Positions 8,102 through 16,619 of a DNA stretch of 64,000 bases are shown here, one piece after another (position 1 is the first letter of the stretch; each line of letters begins with the position of its first letter). This DNA comes from Thermoanaerobaculia bacterium (GTDB lineage: Bacteria; Acidobacteriota; Thermoanaerobaculia; UBA5066; Gp7-AA6): assembly GCA_035506175.1 (NCBI GenBank), contig DATJPZ010000078.1:12283-76282 (forward strand). Reading direction: 5' to 3'. The notes below the pieces were generated by a model. The model had not been told where the DNA came from. It saw only the letters and a program-made list of their open reading frames with translations, and searched no databases. The position numbers and the translations under genes are program-made.

Positions 8102-9562
8102 TTAGTGCAGATACCCGAGCGCCCGGAGCTCCTTGACCACGTCGCTCTGCTCGCCGAGGCCGTAGTGGCCCATGACCTGCTTCATCCACGTCTCGTAGGT
8201 CGGGGCGTGGTCCGGCCCCGGCGCGAGCCAGCCCGACGGGCCGCCGAGGTGTTTCATCAGCGTGTGGTAGAGCGTGCGGACGCGGTCCGGGTCATTCCCG
8301 GCGAGGTTTGATGTCTCGCCCGGGTCCTTCGCGAGATCGTAGAGCATCCGTTCCTGCGGCGTGACGAGGATGAACTTGCGGTCGCCCTCGACCACGCTCC
8401 CGATCCAGAACGTCCAGGCGCCCTCGCTGTAAGCGGGGCGTGGCGGTTCGGACGCGGCTTCGGGAAGGCCGAGCACCGCCGGCGCGAGGCTCCGGCCGCT
8501 CCAGGCCCGCGGGCGCTCGACGCCGACGAGATCGAGCAGTGTCGGCGCCACGTCGAGGTTCTGCACGAGTTGGGACTCGGCTCGCCCGGGCCTGCCGAGG
8601 CCAGGCGCGGCGATCACGAGCGGCGTGCGGACGACGCCGTCGAAGTAGGTCTGTCCGTGGCTGATCACGCCGTGCTCGTCGAACTCCTCGCCGTGATCGG
8701 CGTTGAAGACCACGATCGTCCTCTGCGCCAGCCCCGTCCGGTCGAGGTACGCGAAGAGCGGCTCGAGATCCTGGTCGGCCCAGTACAGCCCCTCGTCGTA
8801 CATCGCCATCGCGTTGGCGACGTCGTCCGGCGTCGGGTGGAGCGAGCCCGCGCGGACGCGCTCGATCGCGTCCAGCGTGAACTCGAAGGAGCTCGCGAAT
8901 TTTCCGAAGCGGTTCGTCCGCTCGTGGGCGTGGAGGAACGGGTAGTGCGTGTCGGTCGCGTAGAGGAACACGAAGAAACGGCCGCTCCGGTTCTTCTCGA
9001 TCCAGTCGAGGACGTGCGGCATCTTCTGGGACAGCGACTCCTGCGCGTGGCGGAAGAGGTCCCAGCCCTGGTCGAACCCGAAGGGCCCGGAGATCCAGCT
9101 CTGCACGAAGGCGGCGGTCTTGTAGCCGGCGCCGCGCAGCGCCTCCGAGACGAGTTCGTCCTGCGGCGAGGGTCCCGGCGCGATGCCGAGGATCTTCGAG
9201 GCGTCCTTCTCGTCGCGCTGCTCGTGGACGGCGAGCTCGGCCACGTAGCGCGAGGTCAACATCGACGCGTAAGACGGCAGGGTGTACGGCGCCTGCGCGA
9301 CGGAGCGCGGGAAGCGGACGCCGCGCGCGGCCAGCGCATCGAGGTGAGGCGTCGTCTTTCGCGCGTAGCCGTCGAAGGAGCAGTGGTCGGCGCGCACGGA
9401 GTCGAACGAGATCCAGATCACGTTCATGCCGCGACAGGCGTCGGCGGGATCCCTGCGGCACGCGGCCGACAGGAGACCCGCGAGCCCGAGGGCGGCGGCC
9501 GCGGCCGCGCGGGCGAGGCGGCGCGCGGCGGGAGCAGCTGCGGTTTTCGGTCTCGCGGGCAT
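8102..9562 (-). CDS. Sulfatase-fold (alkaline-phosphatase superfamily) lipoprotein with Thr at the nucleophile position
   Basis: Last 486 codons of the 8102..13435 ORF, starting at ATG 9562. MPARPKTAAAPAARRLARAAAAAALGLAGLLSAAC is lipobox-like. NVIWISFDSVRADH is the metal site. QAPYTLPSYASMLTSRY stands where sulfatases have C/S-x-P-x-R. ADHGEEFDEHG lies near the C-terminal half. Confidence 0.85.
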   Translation of the reverse strand: MPARPKTAAAPAARRLARAAAAAALGLAGLLSAACRRDPADACRGMNVIWISFDSVRADHCSFDGYARKTTPHLDALAARGVRFPRSVAQAPYTLPSYASMLTSRYVAELAVHEQRDEKDASKILGIAPGPSPQDELVSEALRGAGYKTAAFVQSWISGPFGFDQGWDLFRHAQESLSQKMPHVLDWIEKNRSGRFFVFLYATDTHYPFLHAHERTNRFGKFASSFEFTLDAIERVRAGSLHPTPDDVANAMAMYDEGLYWADQDLEPLFAYLDRTGLAQRTIVVFNADHGEEFDEHGVISHGQTYFDGVVRTPLVIAAPGLGRPGRAESQLVQNLDVAPTLLDLVGVERPRAWSGRSLAPAVLGLPEAASEPPRPAYSEGAWTFWIGSVVEGDRKFILVTPQERMLYDLAKDPGETSNLAGNDPDRVRTLYHTLMKHLGGPSGWLAPGPDHAPTYETWMKQVMGHYGLGEQSDVVKELRALGYLH

Positions 9563-9637
9563 CGCGTCCGAAGCATACCCGCGGGCCGCGGCGGCGCGGG
9601 TTGTCCCCCGGCCGCCCCTCTGAGAGACTGGCCGGCG

Positions 9638-12600
9638 ATGGAGCGCGCGGTTTTCGTCACCGGCTACTACGGTTTCGGCAACACCGGCGACGAGGCGATC
9701 CTCTCCGCGCTCGCCGCGGGCCTGCGCGCTCGCGACGCCTCGATCCGCATCCTCGCGACCTCGGGAGATCCGGGCCTGACTCGCCAGAAGCACGGGGTCG
9801 AAGCGGTCCCCTGGCGCGACCCGCTGTCGCTCGCGGAGGCGGTCAAGCGCGTCGACCTCGTCGTCATCGGCGGCGGCGGTCTCTTCCAGGACTACGGCGG
9901 CCTCGAGCCCGGGACGCTGCTGACCCCGAAGCACGGCGGCGTCACGTTCTACGCCGGGCCGGCCGTGCTCGCCGCCGCCGCCCGCAAGCCCGTCGCTCTC
10001 CATGCCCTCGGGCTCGGCCCGCTCGCCTCGCCGGAGGCGCGCCGCATCGTGCGCGCCGTCGCGGCCGACGCGGTTCGCGTCTCGCTGCGCGACGCCGGCT
10101 CGCGCGCGCTCCTCCGGGAGATCGGGGCCCCCGCCGAGAACGCCGCCGTCACGGCCGATCCCGCGTTCCTGCTCTCCTCCGGGCACGTCCGGCCCGAGGA
10201 CGTCCTGATCGGCATGGGCCTGGAGCCGCGGTCGCCGATCGTGGGCGTCGCGTTGCGGCCGTGGGCGCGCGGCGCGGACCCGGCGCGGTGGGAGGCCGCG
10301 GTCGCCGCGGCCCTCGACCGGATCGTCGAGCGCACCGGCGGCACCCTGCTCTTCGTTCCCTTCGAGCGCAGTCCGTGGTCCGACGACGACGACTTCGCCG
10401 TGGCCACCCGCGTGCGCCGCCGCCTCGCGCACGGCGACCGCGCCGCGATCCTCTCGGGGCTCCTCGCGCCGCAGGACACGGCGTCGCTTCTCGGCGGCTG
10501 CGACCTGGTTCTCGCGATGCGCTTCCACGCCGCCGTCTTCGCGCTCGCCGCGGCGGTACCGCCCGTGGCCCTCGCGTACGACCCCAAGGTGGACGCCCTT
10601 CTGGCCGGCACCGGTTTCGCCGATCTCGTCCTGCCGCTCTCCGGTCTCGATGCCGGCGACCTCGCGGCGCGGCTCGAGCGGGCTTACGCCGACCGCGAGC
10701 GGCTCTCGAAGAAAATCGCGGGCGCCGCCGCCGAGCAGCGCCGTCTTGCCGCCGGGGATCTCGACGCGCTCGCGGCGCTCGCCGCCGACCCGCCGGAGGC
10801 GCCGCCGGTTTCGCCCGAGATGCTGGCGCTTCTCGACGAAGGGCTTGCCGCGAACCTCCAGCGCACGCACGAGCTGTCGGCCGAAGTCGACATGCTCCGC
10901 GCGGACAAGATCGCGCAGGATCTGCGCGTCGGCGACCTCGAGGCGCGGTTGGCAGCGGCCGAAGGCGCCGAGGCTCCCCTGCGCGCGAGCCACGATGCCC
11001 TGCTGACCCGCTTCGAGGAAGCGGTCCAGGCGCACCGCCGCGAAATCGAGCTCCTCGAAGGTCAGCGCGTCGAAGCCCGCGAGGAGCTCTATCGCATCCA
11101 GACGTCGCGGCTGTGGCGCACCGTGAACCTCTACTGGCGGGCGCGGCGCGCGGCCGCGCGGCTGACCCGGCCGGCGAGGCGCCGCATCCAGGGCGTTCTC
11201 GGATCGCCGCCGGCCGACTGGGTCGGACCGGACACGGCGCGTGCCGAAGCCGCGGCGGCGCGGCGGCCGGAGGCCGACAACCGCTGCGAGATCGTTTTGC
11301 TCCCCTTCTCCGCCGGGACGGCCGAGGAGGCCCGGCGGCTGGCGGCCGCGGGTCATCGCGTGTTCGCGGTCGACCCGAGCCTGCGGGCGAGCGGCCCGCC
11401 CTACGCGGCGCTCGAGGGCCCCCCGCGGCTGTTCACCGTGACTCTCCGCGCGCCCGATCCGGCGTCGGCCGAGACGTTCGACGCCCTCGACCGCCTGCGC
11501 CGGGAGCTCTCCCTGTGCGCGACGCTCGCCGTCGCCGACGATCCGGCGTGGAGGCCCGTCGCGGCGCGCCTGGCCACCGAGCGCGGGTGGGCCCTTACCG
11601 AGACGCTCGGCGACGAGGCCGCGATCGCCCGCGCGTTCCCGAAGCTTTCGGTCGTCGTCGTCACGTGGAACGGCCTCGACTTCAACCGGCTCTGCCTCGA
11701 CAGCCTCTCGGCGCGTACCGAGTGGCCGAACCTCGAGATCGTGGTCGTCGACAACGCCTCGACCGACGGTACACGGGAGCTCCTCCAGGAGTGCATCCGG
11801 AAGGATCCCCGGATCCGGGCGATCCTCCTGCCCGAGAACCGCGGCTTCGCGGCCGCCTGCAACGAGGGCCTGGCCGCCTCGACGGGCGACTTTCTCGTGA
11901 TCTTGAACAACGACACGGTGGTCACGCGCGGCTGGGCCTCGGCGCTGTGCCGGCACCTCGCGGCCGACCCGAAGCTCGGCCTCGTGGGACCCGTCACCAA
12001 CGCCATCGCCAACGCGGCGAAGGTCGAGGCCGGCTACGCGTCGGTCGACGCCCTCGGCGCGTGGGCCGCGGAATGGGCGCGTGCCCACGACCGCGAGGCC
12101 TTCGACATCCCGGTGCTCGCCCTCTTCTGCACCGCGCTGCCCCGCCGCGTCTGGGAGGAGATCGGGCCGCTCGACGAACGCTTCGGGATCGGCCTCTTCG
12201 AGGACGACGACTACAGCCGGCGCGTGCGCGCGAAAGGCTACGCCGTTCGCTGCGCGCGGGATGCCTTCGTCCATCACTGGCAGATGGCCTCGTTCCGGAA
12301 GCTGTCGCGCGAGGCCTACTTCGCGCTCTACGCCGAGAACAAGCGCCGCTTCGAAGAGAAGTGGAGCGCCGCGCCGGCGGCGACCGCCGCGCGGCCGAGC
12401 GCGGCTCCCCCGGCGCGCCGCTTCGCGACGCTCGACGAGCACCGCGCCCAGCTCTCGCACGTGCGCGAGCGCGCCGCCGGCAGCAAGGGGGTGGTCGTCT
12501 TCCTGCCGTCGGTCGGCTGGGGGATCCACCTCTTCCAGCGTCCGCACCACCTGGCCCGCGTCTTCGCGCGCCTGGGCCATGTCGCCATCTTCGACAGCAG

Positions 12601-13510
12601 CAACGCCGCCGACCGCGTCGACGGGTTTCGCGAGATCGAACCGAACCTCTTTCTCTTCAGCGGCTCTCCGGAGCTGCTGCACGAGATCCCGTCGCCGCTC
12701 CTGTGGACCTTCCCCTACAACTTCCACCTCGCCGACGGGTACCCGAAGCCGTCGCGGACCGTCTACGACTGGATCGACGACCTGTCCGTTTTTCCCCAGG
12801 AGCGCGCTCTCCTCGAGCGCAACCACGCGCGGGCCCTCGTCGAGGCGACGCTCGTCGCGAGCGTGGCGCGCCGCCTTCACGAGCAGGCCCGCGCCGTCCG
12901 CAAGGACGCGCTGTACCTGCCCAACGGCGTCGAATACGAACGCTTCGCCGCGCCCGCCGCGCCGCCGCGCGACGAGAAGCTGCTGTCGTTCCTGACGCCG
13001 GGTGCGCCGGTCGCCGGGTACTACGGGGCGCTCGCCGAGTGGTTCGATTACCCGCTCGTGGACGCCGTCGCCGCCGCCAAACCCGACTGGCGCTTCGTCC
13101 TCATCGGCCCGCAGTACGACAAGAGCCTGCCGGGTCAGCCGATGCTCGAACGGAAGAACGTCCTCTGGCTCGGCCCGCGCGACTACGTCACGCTGCCCGG
13201 GTACCTCGCGCTCTTCGACGTCGCGACCATTCCGTTCCGCATCAACGCGATCACGCAGGCGACCTCGCCCTTGAAGCTTTACGAGTACTTCGCCGGCGCG
13301 CGGCCGGTCGTCACGACGCCGATGTCCGAGTGCCAGGCGCACCCCGAGGTCCGGATCGCCGCGACGGCCGGCGAGTTCGCAGCGGCCCTCGACGAGGCGC
13401 GGGCGCAGGGCCGCGATCCGGACTTCCGCGCGCACCTGCGCTCGGTTGCGCGGGAAAACTCGTGGTCGGCGCGGGTGATGACGGTGCTGCGCGCCCTCGA
13501 CGGCCGCTAG
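9638..13510 (+). CDS. 1290-aa fusion enzyme: CsaB-like polysaccharide pyruvyltransferase + coiled coil + family-2 glycosyltransferase + family-1 (TuaH-like) glycosyltransferase
   Basis: In-frame ATG at 9638 inside ORF 8570..13510. MERAVFVTGYYGFGNTGDEAILSAL...VVIGGGGLFQDYGG is pyruvyltransferase-like (about 9638..10750). Heptad-rich segment about 10760..11130. LSVVVVTWNGLDF...VVVDNASTDGT...ILLPENRGFAAACNEG...LFEDDDYSRR is GT2-like (about 11640..12300). YYGALAEWFDYPL...ATSPLKLYEYFAGARPVVTTP is GT1-like (about 12480..13500). Confidence 0.85.
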   Translation: MERAVFVTGYYGFGNTGDEAILSALAAGLRARDASIRILATSGDPGLTRQKHGVEAVPWRDPLSLAEAVKRVDLVVIGGGGLFQDYGGLEPGTLLTPKHGGVTFYAGPAVLAAAARKPVALHALGLGPLASPEARRIVRAVAADAVRVSLRDAGSRALLREIGAPAENAAVTADPAFLLSSGHVRPEDVLIGMGLEPRSPIVGVALRPWARGADPARWEAAVAAALDRIVERTGGTLLFVPFERSPWSDDDDFAVATRVRRRLAHGDRAAILSGLLAPQDTASLLGGCDLVLAMRFHAAVFALAAAVPPVALAYDPKVDALLAGTGFADLVLPLSGLDAGDLAARLERAYADRERLSKKIAGAAAEQRRLAAGDLDALAALAADPPEAPPVSPEMLALLDEGLAANLQRTHELSAEVDMLRADKIAQDLRVGDLEARLAAAEGAEAPLRASHDALLTRFEEAVQAHRREIELLEGQRVEAREELYRIQTSRLWRTVNLYWRARRAAARLTRPARRRIQGVLGSPPADWVGPDTARAEAAAARRPEADNRCEIVLLPFSAGTAEEARRLAAAGHRVFAVDPSLRASGPPYAALEGPPRLFTVTLRAPDPASAETFDALDRLRRELSLCATLAVADDPAWRPVAARLATERGWALTETLGDEAAIARAFPKLSVVVVTWNGLDFNRLCLDSLSARTEWPNLEIVVVDNASTDGTRELLQECIRKDPRIRAILLPENRGFAAACNEGLAASTGDFLVILNNDTVVTRGWASALCRHLAADPKLGLVGPVTNAIANAAKVEAGYASVDALGAWAAEWARAHDREAFDIPVLALFCTALPRRVWEEIGPLDERFGIGLFEDDDYSRRVRAKGYAVRCARDAFVHHWQMASFRKLSREAYFALYAENKRRFEEKWSAAPAATAARPSAAPPARRFATLDEHRAQLSHVRERAAGSKGVVVFLPSVGWGIHLFQRPHHLARVFARLGHVAIFDSSNAADRVDGFREIEPNLFLFSGSPELLHEIPSPLLWTFPYNFHLADGYPKPSRTVYDWIDDLSVFPQERALLERNHARALVEATLVASVARRLHEQARAVRKDALYLPNGVEYERFAAPAAPPRDEKLLSFLTPGAPVAGYYGALAEWFDYPLVDAVAAAKPDWRFVLIGPQYDKSLPGQPMLERKNVLWLGPRDYVTLPGYLALFDVATIPFRINAITQATSPLKLYEYFAGARPVVTTPMSECQAHPEVRIAATAGEFAAALDEARAQGRDPDFRAHLRSVARENSWSARVMTVLRALDGR

Positions 13511-13516
13511 CGGGTC

Positions 13517-15136
13517 TCAGCGCGCCGGCGAAATCTCGACGAGCCGAATCGCCGGTGCGCCCGACCGGTCGCGAAAGACCGTTTCGCGCGCGGCCGCGGC
13601 CGGCGCCTGCGCCAGCGCGTCGCGGAAGGCGCGCACGGACGCCGACGGCGGCTGGTTGTCCCACTCGAGAAACGCGCCGCCCTCGCCGATTTCGTCGCCC
13701 CAGGTTCGGCCTCGCGCCGAGCGCTCGGCCGTCGCTCCCCAGAAGAGCTCCGTCCCGTGAATCCGGCCGCCCGAGACGACGTAGAACGGGTTCTGAAAGC
13801 CCCAGTCGAGGAGCTTCAATTTCGCCGGCGGAATTGACCGCTCTTCGAGCGCGCGCGCGGCGTCGAAGGAAGCGCTCGACCAGAATCCCCGCCCGCCGGT
13901 CTCTCGCAGGCCTCGGTCGATGCGCGCGTCCCACGAAAGCCACACGGCGGCGAGCGCGGCGCCGGCCCCGGCCGCCAGAGCGCGCGCGGCCGGGGATCGC
14001 GGCCACGCCTCGGCGGCGAGAATCGAGAGGGCCGCGAGGCCCGGAGGAAGGACCGCCGCCATGTGATGCTGCCCGACCGGCAGCCGGGAGAAAGCCAGGA
14101 TCCCGGAAAGGAGAAGCGCCGTCCACGCGAGCGCCCGGCGCACCGACACGAGGCGCGCGTCGCCGCCGCGCCCCGGGAGGAACGCCCCGGCGCACGCGGC
14201 CGCAAGAAGCGCTCCGCCGAGCGCGACCTCCCACGCGCGCGTGCCCGGCCCGCCCCAGATCGGGCGGAGCTGCCTCGAGGAGATCATCAGCTCGGCCAGC
14301 AGCGACAGGCGCGCGCGGGCCCCGACCGACGCCGCCGGGAGCCGGCCGAGCGTCTCCATCACCGTCAGCGTCCCGCCGTGCGAGGCCGCCTCGTAGACCA
14401 GCAGCGGCAGGGCGCCGAGGAGACCACCCGCGGCCGCGGCGGCAAGCTCTCGCGCCGCCGGCCGCGCGCGCCGGCCGTAGACGATCGCGGCGGCCAACGC
14501 CGCCGCCGCGAGGAGCCAGACGAAGTTCACCCGCGCCCAGACGCCGAGACCCGCGGCGACCCCCAGGAGAGACGCGGACCGCGGGGACCGCCGCCGAAGG
14601 AATCGGGCGAGGGCGAACGCGAGGAGGCCCATCGCGGCCATCCAGACCGACGTTCCGCCATGGTCGAAAACGGTCAGGTCGAGATACCCGGGCTGAATCG
14701 CCAGGGCAAGGCCGGTGACGAGAGCGGCCGCGGGGCTCGCTTCCTCTGCCAGGAGCCGAACGAATCCCGCGATCCCGAGCGCGCCGAGAAGCGCGCCGCT
14801 CGACCGGGCAACCGCGGCGCCCGTCCCGAGGGCGGCAAAGAGCGGCAACGCGACCCACGCCTTGAACGCTCCGACGTAAGGGAAAACCATGATCGGCCAG
14901 CGGCGCCCGCCGGCGGCGAGAAAAAAGGCCGGGTCGTGCGCAAACGGCGGGTCGCCGCGTCCATCCGCGAGAACGTAGACGGCCGACTCGACGTAGAGCG
15001 CCTCGTCCATCTGGTAGCCGATACCCGCCGAGATCCGGCGCGCGGCGAACAGGCCGTAGACCACGAGCGGCAGAACGACGACGGCGGCCCCGCGGGGGCC
15101 GCGCGCACGCGGTCCGGTCTTCCCGGACGCCTTCAC
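13517..15136 (-). CDS. Polytopic GT-C-type membrane glycosyltransferase-like protein (ArnT/PMT family-like) with C-terminal soluble domain
   Basis: In-frame GTG at 15136, 11 nt downstream of the stop of the preceding gene (15147). Many hydrophobic helices. GIGYQMDEALYVES in the first loop resembles the DE motif of PMT/ArnT-type enzymes. The ORF-track start at 15337 is rejected because it overlaps the upstream gene. Confidence 0.75.
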   Translation of the reverse strand: MKASGKTGPRARGPRGAAVVVLPLVVYGLFAARRISAGIGYQMDEALYVESAVYVLADGRGDPPFAHDPAFFLAAGGRRWPIMVFPYVGAFKAWVALPLFAALGTGAAVARSSGALLGALGIAGFVRLLAEEASPAAALVTGLALAIQPGYLDLTVFDHGGTSVWMAAMGLLAFALARFLRRRSPRSASLLGVAAGLGVWARVNFVWLLAAAALAAAIVYGRRARPAARELAAAAAGGLLGALPLLVYEAASHGGTLTVMETLGRLPAASVGARARLSLLAELMISSRQLRPIWGGPGTRAWEVALGGALLAAACAGAFLPGRGGDARLVSVRRALAWTALLLSGILAFSRLPVGQHHMAAVLPPGLAALSILAAEAWPRSPAARALAAGAGAALAAVWLSWDARIDRGLRETGGRGFWSSASFDAARALEERSIPPAKLKLLDWGFQNPFYVVSGGRIHGTELFWGATAERSARGRTWGDEIGEGGAFLEWDNQPPSASVRAFRDALAQAPAAAARETVFRDRSGAPAIRLVEISPAR

Positions 15137-15146
15137 GAGAGACAGT

Positions 15147-16619
15147 CTAGCGAACCGGCTGCGGCGCGGGCGCGGCGGAGCTCTCGCCAGGGGCGCTTTC
15201 GAGCCGCGCGATCCGCGCCGAAAGCGCGTCGAGACCCTCGTCGGCCGGGAAAACGAGGTCGCGGCCCTCGCCCTCCAGCTGCGCGAGCTCACGCCGCTGT
15301 CTCTGCCACTCGTTGACCAGCATCGCGGGCAGCTCATGGTAGAGCACGGCCTCCGGCTGCCCTCCGTCGTCCGCGACGACGAGATCCGGAAGAACTTCCT
15401 GCACCTCTTCGGCGATCAGGCCGTACTGCGTGCGATCGTCCGCCGGCGTCTTGTAGTGAAAGGTCACCGGGCGGAGGTTGAAGATCCCCCGGCTCGCCTC
15501 GCCCATGTCCGAGACGTCCTCCTTGAAGCGAGCCGACGAGGCGATCGTGCCGACGTGCGACGTGGAATCGACGTAAACGGGCACCGCTCCCGGCCCGCTC
15601 GGAACGACGCCGAAGACCCCCGCCAGAAAGAACTTCGTGTGGAGACCGGGGTCGCCGATCCTCATGACGCCCGACTCGCTCGCGGCGCCGACGCTTCCCA
15701 GGTAGACGTTGTTGTCGCCGGCCGTCAGGTTGAATCCGGCCTGGGCGCCGAGTGCCGTGTTGTTGGACCCCGTCGACGAAAGCAGCGCCTGGTACCCGAC
15801 GGCCGTGTTCCCGGAGCCGCCGACGTTGCCCGCGAGCGCCTGCGCGCCGACGGCGACGTTGTTCGACCCGGTCGAATTGGACGCCAGGGCGCCGGCGCCG
15901 AGGGCGCTGTTGTTGTTGCCCGTCGTGTTGTTCCGCAGGGCCGACACGCCGAGCGCGGTGTTGTCGGAACCCGCGGTGTTGTTCAACATCGCGTAAGACC
16001 CGATCGCGGTGTTGACGGTTCCGGAGGTGTTCTGCTGAAACGCGCCGTAGCCGATCCCCGTGTTGTCGACCCCCGTCATCGCCGCGTTCCCGGCGGACAC
16101 GCCGAGGAACGTGTCGCTGACGTCGACGGCCGACGGTCCGAAGTACCCGTTCGTGTCGATGATGAAGTCGGTCGCCGAAACCGCCGCGGCCACCGTGATC
16201 TGCCCGGACTGGCCGAGCGGCACGATCGCCGCATTCGCGACCGTCAGACCCGACACGAAGTTGAGCGTCGACACGCCGGGTTGCGGCTGACCGGTCGGAT
16301 ACAGGAGCACGTACCCGAGACCGGTCGCGTTGACGACAGTCACGTTCAACGACACGGCCTGGGCTCCCGCCGGGATGCCGCAGCGCCCGGTCATCGTGAA
16401 CGCGCGCGGCACGCCGGCGCCGAGCGACGGCGGTCCGTAACCGGGCGGCTGATTCGAATCGCGCGTGTCGGCCACACGGCACGGCGTGATCCCGATGAAA
16501 GGCATCGGCGAGGTGACGAGGGTGGGAGCCTCGGGCAACGCGTCCTCCGCGACGAGCGGCCCGGCGAACGCCGCGCACGCGATCACCACCACCAGGAGAA
16601 GGCGCGCTCGCGTCGTCAT
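15147..16619 (-). CDS. Secreted tail-fibre-like protein, third of three tandem paralogues: signal peptide, PCRxxDTR N-domain, Asn/Thr/Gly/Ala-rich YadA-head-like repeats, peptidase S74-like intramolecular chaperone, coiled coil
   Basis: ATG at 16619 inside ORF 15147..17951, with an ATGA overlap to the upstream paralogue. MTTRARLLLVVVIACAAFAGPLVA is the signal peptide. PMPFIGITPCRVADTRD...IDTNGYFG. Repeats NTAIGSYAM/NTALGVSAL/NSALGAGAL. SSARFKEDVSDMG...LRPVTFHYK...YGLIAEEVQEVLPDLVV. Confidence 0.88.
   Translation of the reverse strand: MTTRARLLLVVVIACAAFAGPLVAEDALPEAPTLVTSPMPFIGITPCRVADTRDSNQPPGYGPPSLGAGVPRAFTMTGRCGIPAGAQAVSLNVTVVNATGLGYVLLYPTGQPQPGVSTLNFVSGLTVANAAIVPLGQSGQITVAAAVSATDFIIDTNGYFGPSAVDVSDTFLGVSAGNAAMTGVDNTGIGYGAFQQNTSGTVNTAIGSYAMLNNTAGSDNTALGVSALRNNTTGNNNSALGAGALASNSTGSNNVAVGAQALAGNVGGSGNTAVGYQALLSSTGSNNTALGAQAGFNLTAGDNNVYLGSVGAASESGVMRIGDPGLHTKFFLAGVFGVVPSGPGAVPVYVDSTSHVGTIASSARFKEDVSDMGEASRGIFNLRPVTFHYKTPADDRTQYGLIAEEVQEVLPDLVVADDGGQPEAVLYHELPAMLVNEWQRQRRELAQLEGEGRDLVFPADEGLDALSARIARLESAPGESSAAPAPQPVR

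Noticed and set aside
9563-13435. Upstream 1291 codons of the 8102..13435 minus-strand ORF
   Set aside because: Only the last 486 codons (from ATG 9562, with lipoprotein signal and sulfatase-fold motifs) look like a protein. The remainder is antisense to the glycosyltransferase fusion and compositionally aberrant.
13510-13517. Convergent genes separated by only 6 bp (and 23564/23569 by 4 bp) as a sign of misannotation
   Set aside because: Both partners of each pair have strong family signatures right up to their stops. The tight convergent packing seems real, with any terminators embedded in the opposing coding sequence.
9601-14718. 1705-aa ORF on the plus strand
   Set aside because: The product is extreme Arg/Pro/Gly/Ala composition. 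It is out of frame with the motif-rich 9638..13510 gene and antisense to the GT-C gene 13517..15136, so it is a shadow ORF.
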